This document shows positions 63,315 through 64,000 of a stretch of 64,000 nt of DNA, in pieces. The stretch covers positions 579 through 64,578 of the forward strand of contig PHEB01000020.1 in NCBI GenBank assembly GCA_002842735.1. Direction: 5' to 3'. Made by a program: the position numbers and the translations under genes. The notes beneath the pieces are model-generated. The model did no database searches. It saw only the letters and a list, made by a program, of their open reading frames with translations, and had not been told where the DNA came from. Numbering within the stretch: position 1 is the first letter of the stretch; each line of letters starts with the position of its first letter. Source of the DNA: Alphaproteobacteria bacterium HGW-Alphaproteobacteria-7. Lineage in GTDB: Bacteria; Pseudomonadota; Alphaproteobacteria; Sphingomonadales; Sphingomonadaceae.

Positions 63315-64000
63315 TCAATTTTTGTTGAGGAAGATGCGGATTGGCAGCGATGTTGTGCCTTCGGTCTGCCGCGATGCGGCAGCAATCTTGCGAGTCGGCG
63401 TCACGTTGACCCGGATCGGATAATTGGATCGCGGCCTCGGCGCGGTTACCAAAATAGCTGATCTGACGATTGCGCCTTCCAGCTTCTTTTCCGGAACCTT
63501 GGCCCCCGAAGCCTGGCTGGCCGGGAGTGTGCGGATGAACACTTCCTTGGCCTTGGCCATTCTCAATGGGCGCGCCTGCGGCGCATCGTCTTCTTCCGCC
63601 GCCGCCGTAGCAGTTGGAGCAACCACCGTAGCTTCAGCTGCGGGGGGTGCTAATCGCGGGGTCTGCTTGGCCAGCATGATCCGCTCGTCCACCCGCGCAA
63701 GGTTCCGCCAATAGCGTTGATCGGTCGGGTCAAGATCGGCCGCCCGTGCAAACAGATCCCGGGCGACATCGTCACGGCCCAGCGTGGAATAGGCCACTGC
63801 CATCCCATTGAATGCCTCGGGTGCCAGCGCATTGTTGTAGGAAGCCTGCCGGAAGGCTTCGATCGCCTTGGTCGGGCGACCAGCCGCCAGATGGGCGCGG
63901 CCAACCTCAAGGCGTTCAGCAAAATATGCGCTCATATCGGTCTGCTGCGCGGTCTTGGATCGCGGGGTGAAATCAAGTGATGCACATCCCGCAGTTGCCA
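63315..64000 (-). CDS. TPR-repeat lipoprotein of a Tad/Cpa pilus locus (TadD-like), 5' partial at the window edge
   Basis: TPR motifs (AIEAFRQASYNN..., AFNGMAVAYSTLGRDDVARDLFARAADLDP). The frame stays open upstream of track ATG 63935 to the window end and encodes ATAGCASLDF, a lipobox-like Cys, so the true start is probably beyond 64000. Confidence 0.7.
   Translation of the reverse strand, partial: ATAGCASLDFTPRSKTAQQTDMSAYFAERLEVGRAHLAAGRPTKAIEAFRQASYNNALAPEAFNGMAVAYSTLGRDDVARDLFARAADLDPTDQRYWRNLARVDERIMLAKQTPRLAPPAAEATVVAPTATAAAEEDDAPQARPLRMAKAKEVFIRTLPASQASGAKVPEKKLEGAIVRSAILVTAPRPRSNYPIRVNVTPTRKIAAASRQTEGTTSLPIRIFLNKN

Overview
High-GC alphaproteobacterial chromosome segment; Sphingomonadales/Erythrobacter-like is only a guess from gene content and composition. 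Bases 1-12518 are a collinear, translationally coupled RcGTA-type gene transfer agent (GTA) head-tail cluster. It runs TerL C-terminus, portal, g3.5-like, HK97 protease, HK97 capsid, connector, half-length adaptor, DUF3168, major tail, two chaperones and a short tape measure. These are followed by a 773-aa DUF2460 fusion protein, DUF2163 hub, NlpC/P60 peptidase, a short frame-broken g15-like host-specificity gene and a low-GC DUF2793 gene. There are no integrase, repressor, replication or lysis genes, so I read it as a GTA and not a prophage. The rest is mostly housekeeping: an OmpA-like protein with a 23-proline hinge, an MFS transporter, queC, hslO-argF-argD, an RGG-rich double cold-shock-domain protein, a DUF442/desaturase/GMC operon and sigma-54-driven glnK-amtB. 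Further on come a coupled pheS-pheT-SDR-prfC operon, a 3-kb AraC/CsgG-like islet splitting rpmI-rplT from pheST, prs, a PH-domain pair, pepN, pgeF, petABC, apt, cysD-cysNC-cysQ, mrpA-G and the edge of a Tad pilus locus. Non-coding highlights are intrinsic terminators inside the GTA operon on both sides of the capsid gene, two oppositely oriented copies of a ~100-nt palindromic element with CGTCATTGCGAG termini, and a different composite palindromic element between cysD and cysN. I also saw two single-base frame breaks (g15-like, AraC) and one truncated M23 peptidase gene. I recognised no rRNA, tRNA or CRISPR array by eye. All calls come from reading the sequence and ORF track. No database search was run, family names are from memory of conserved motifs, and hairpin coordinates are hand-derived.
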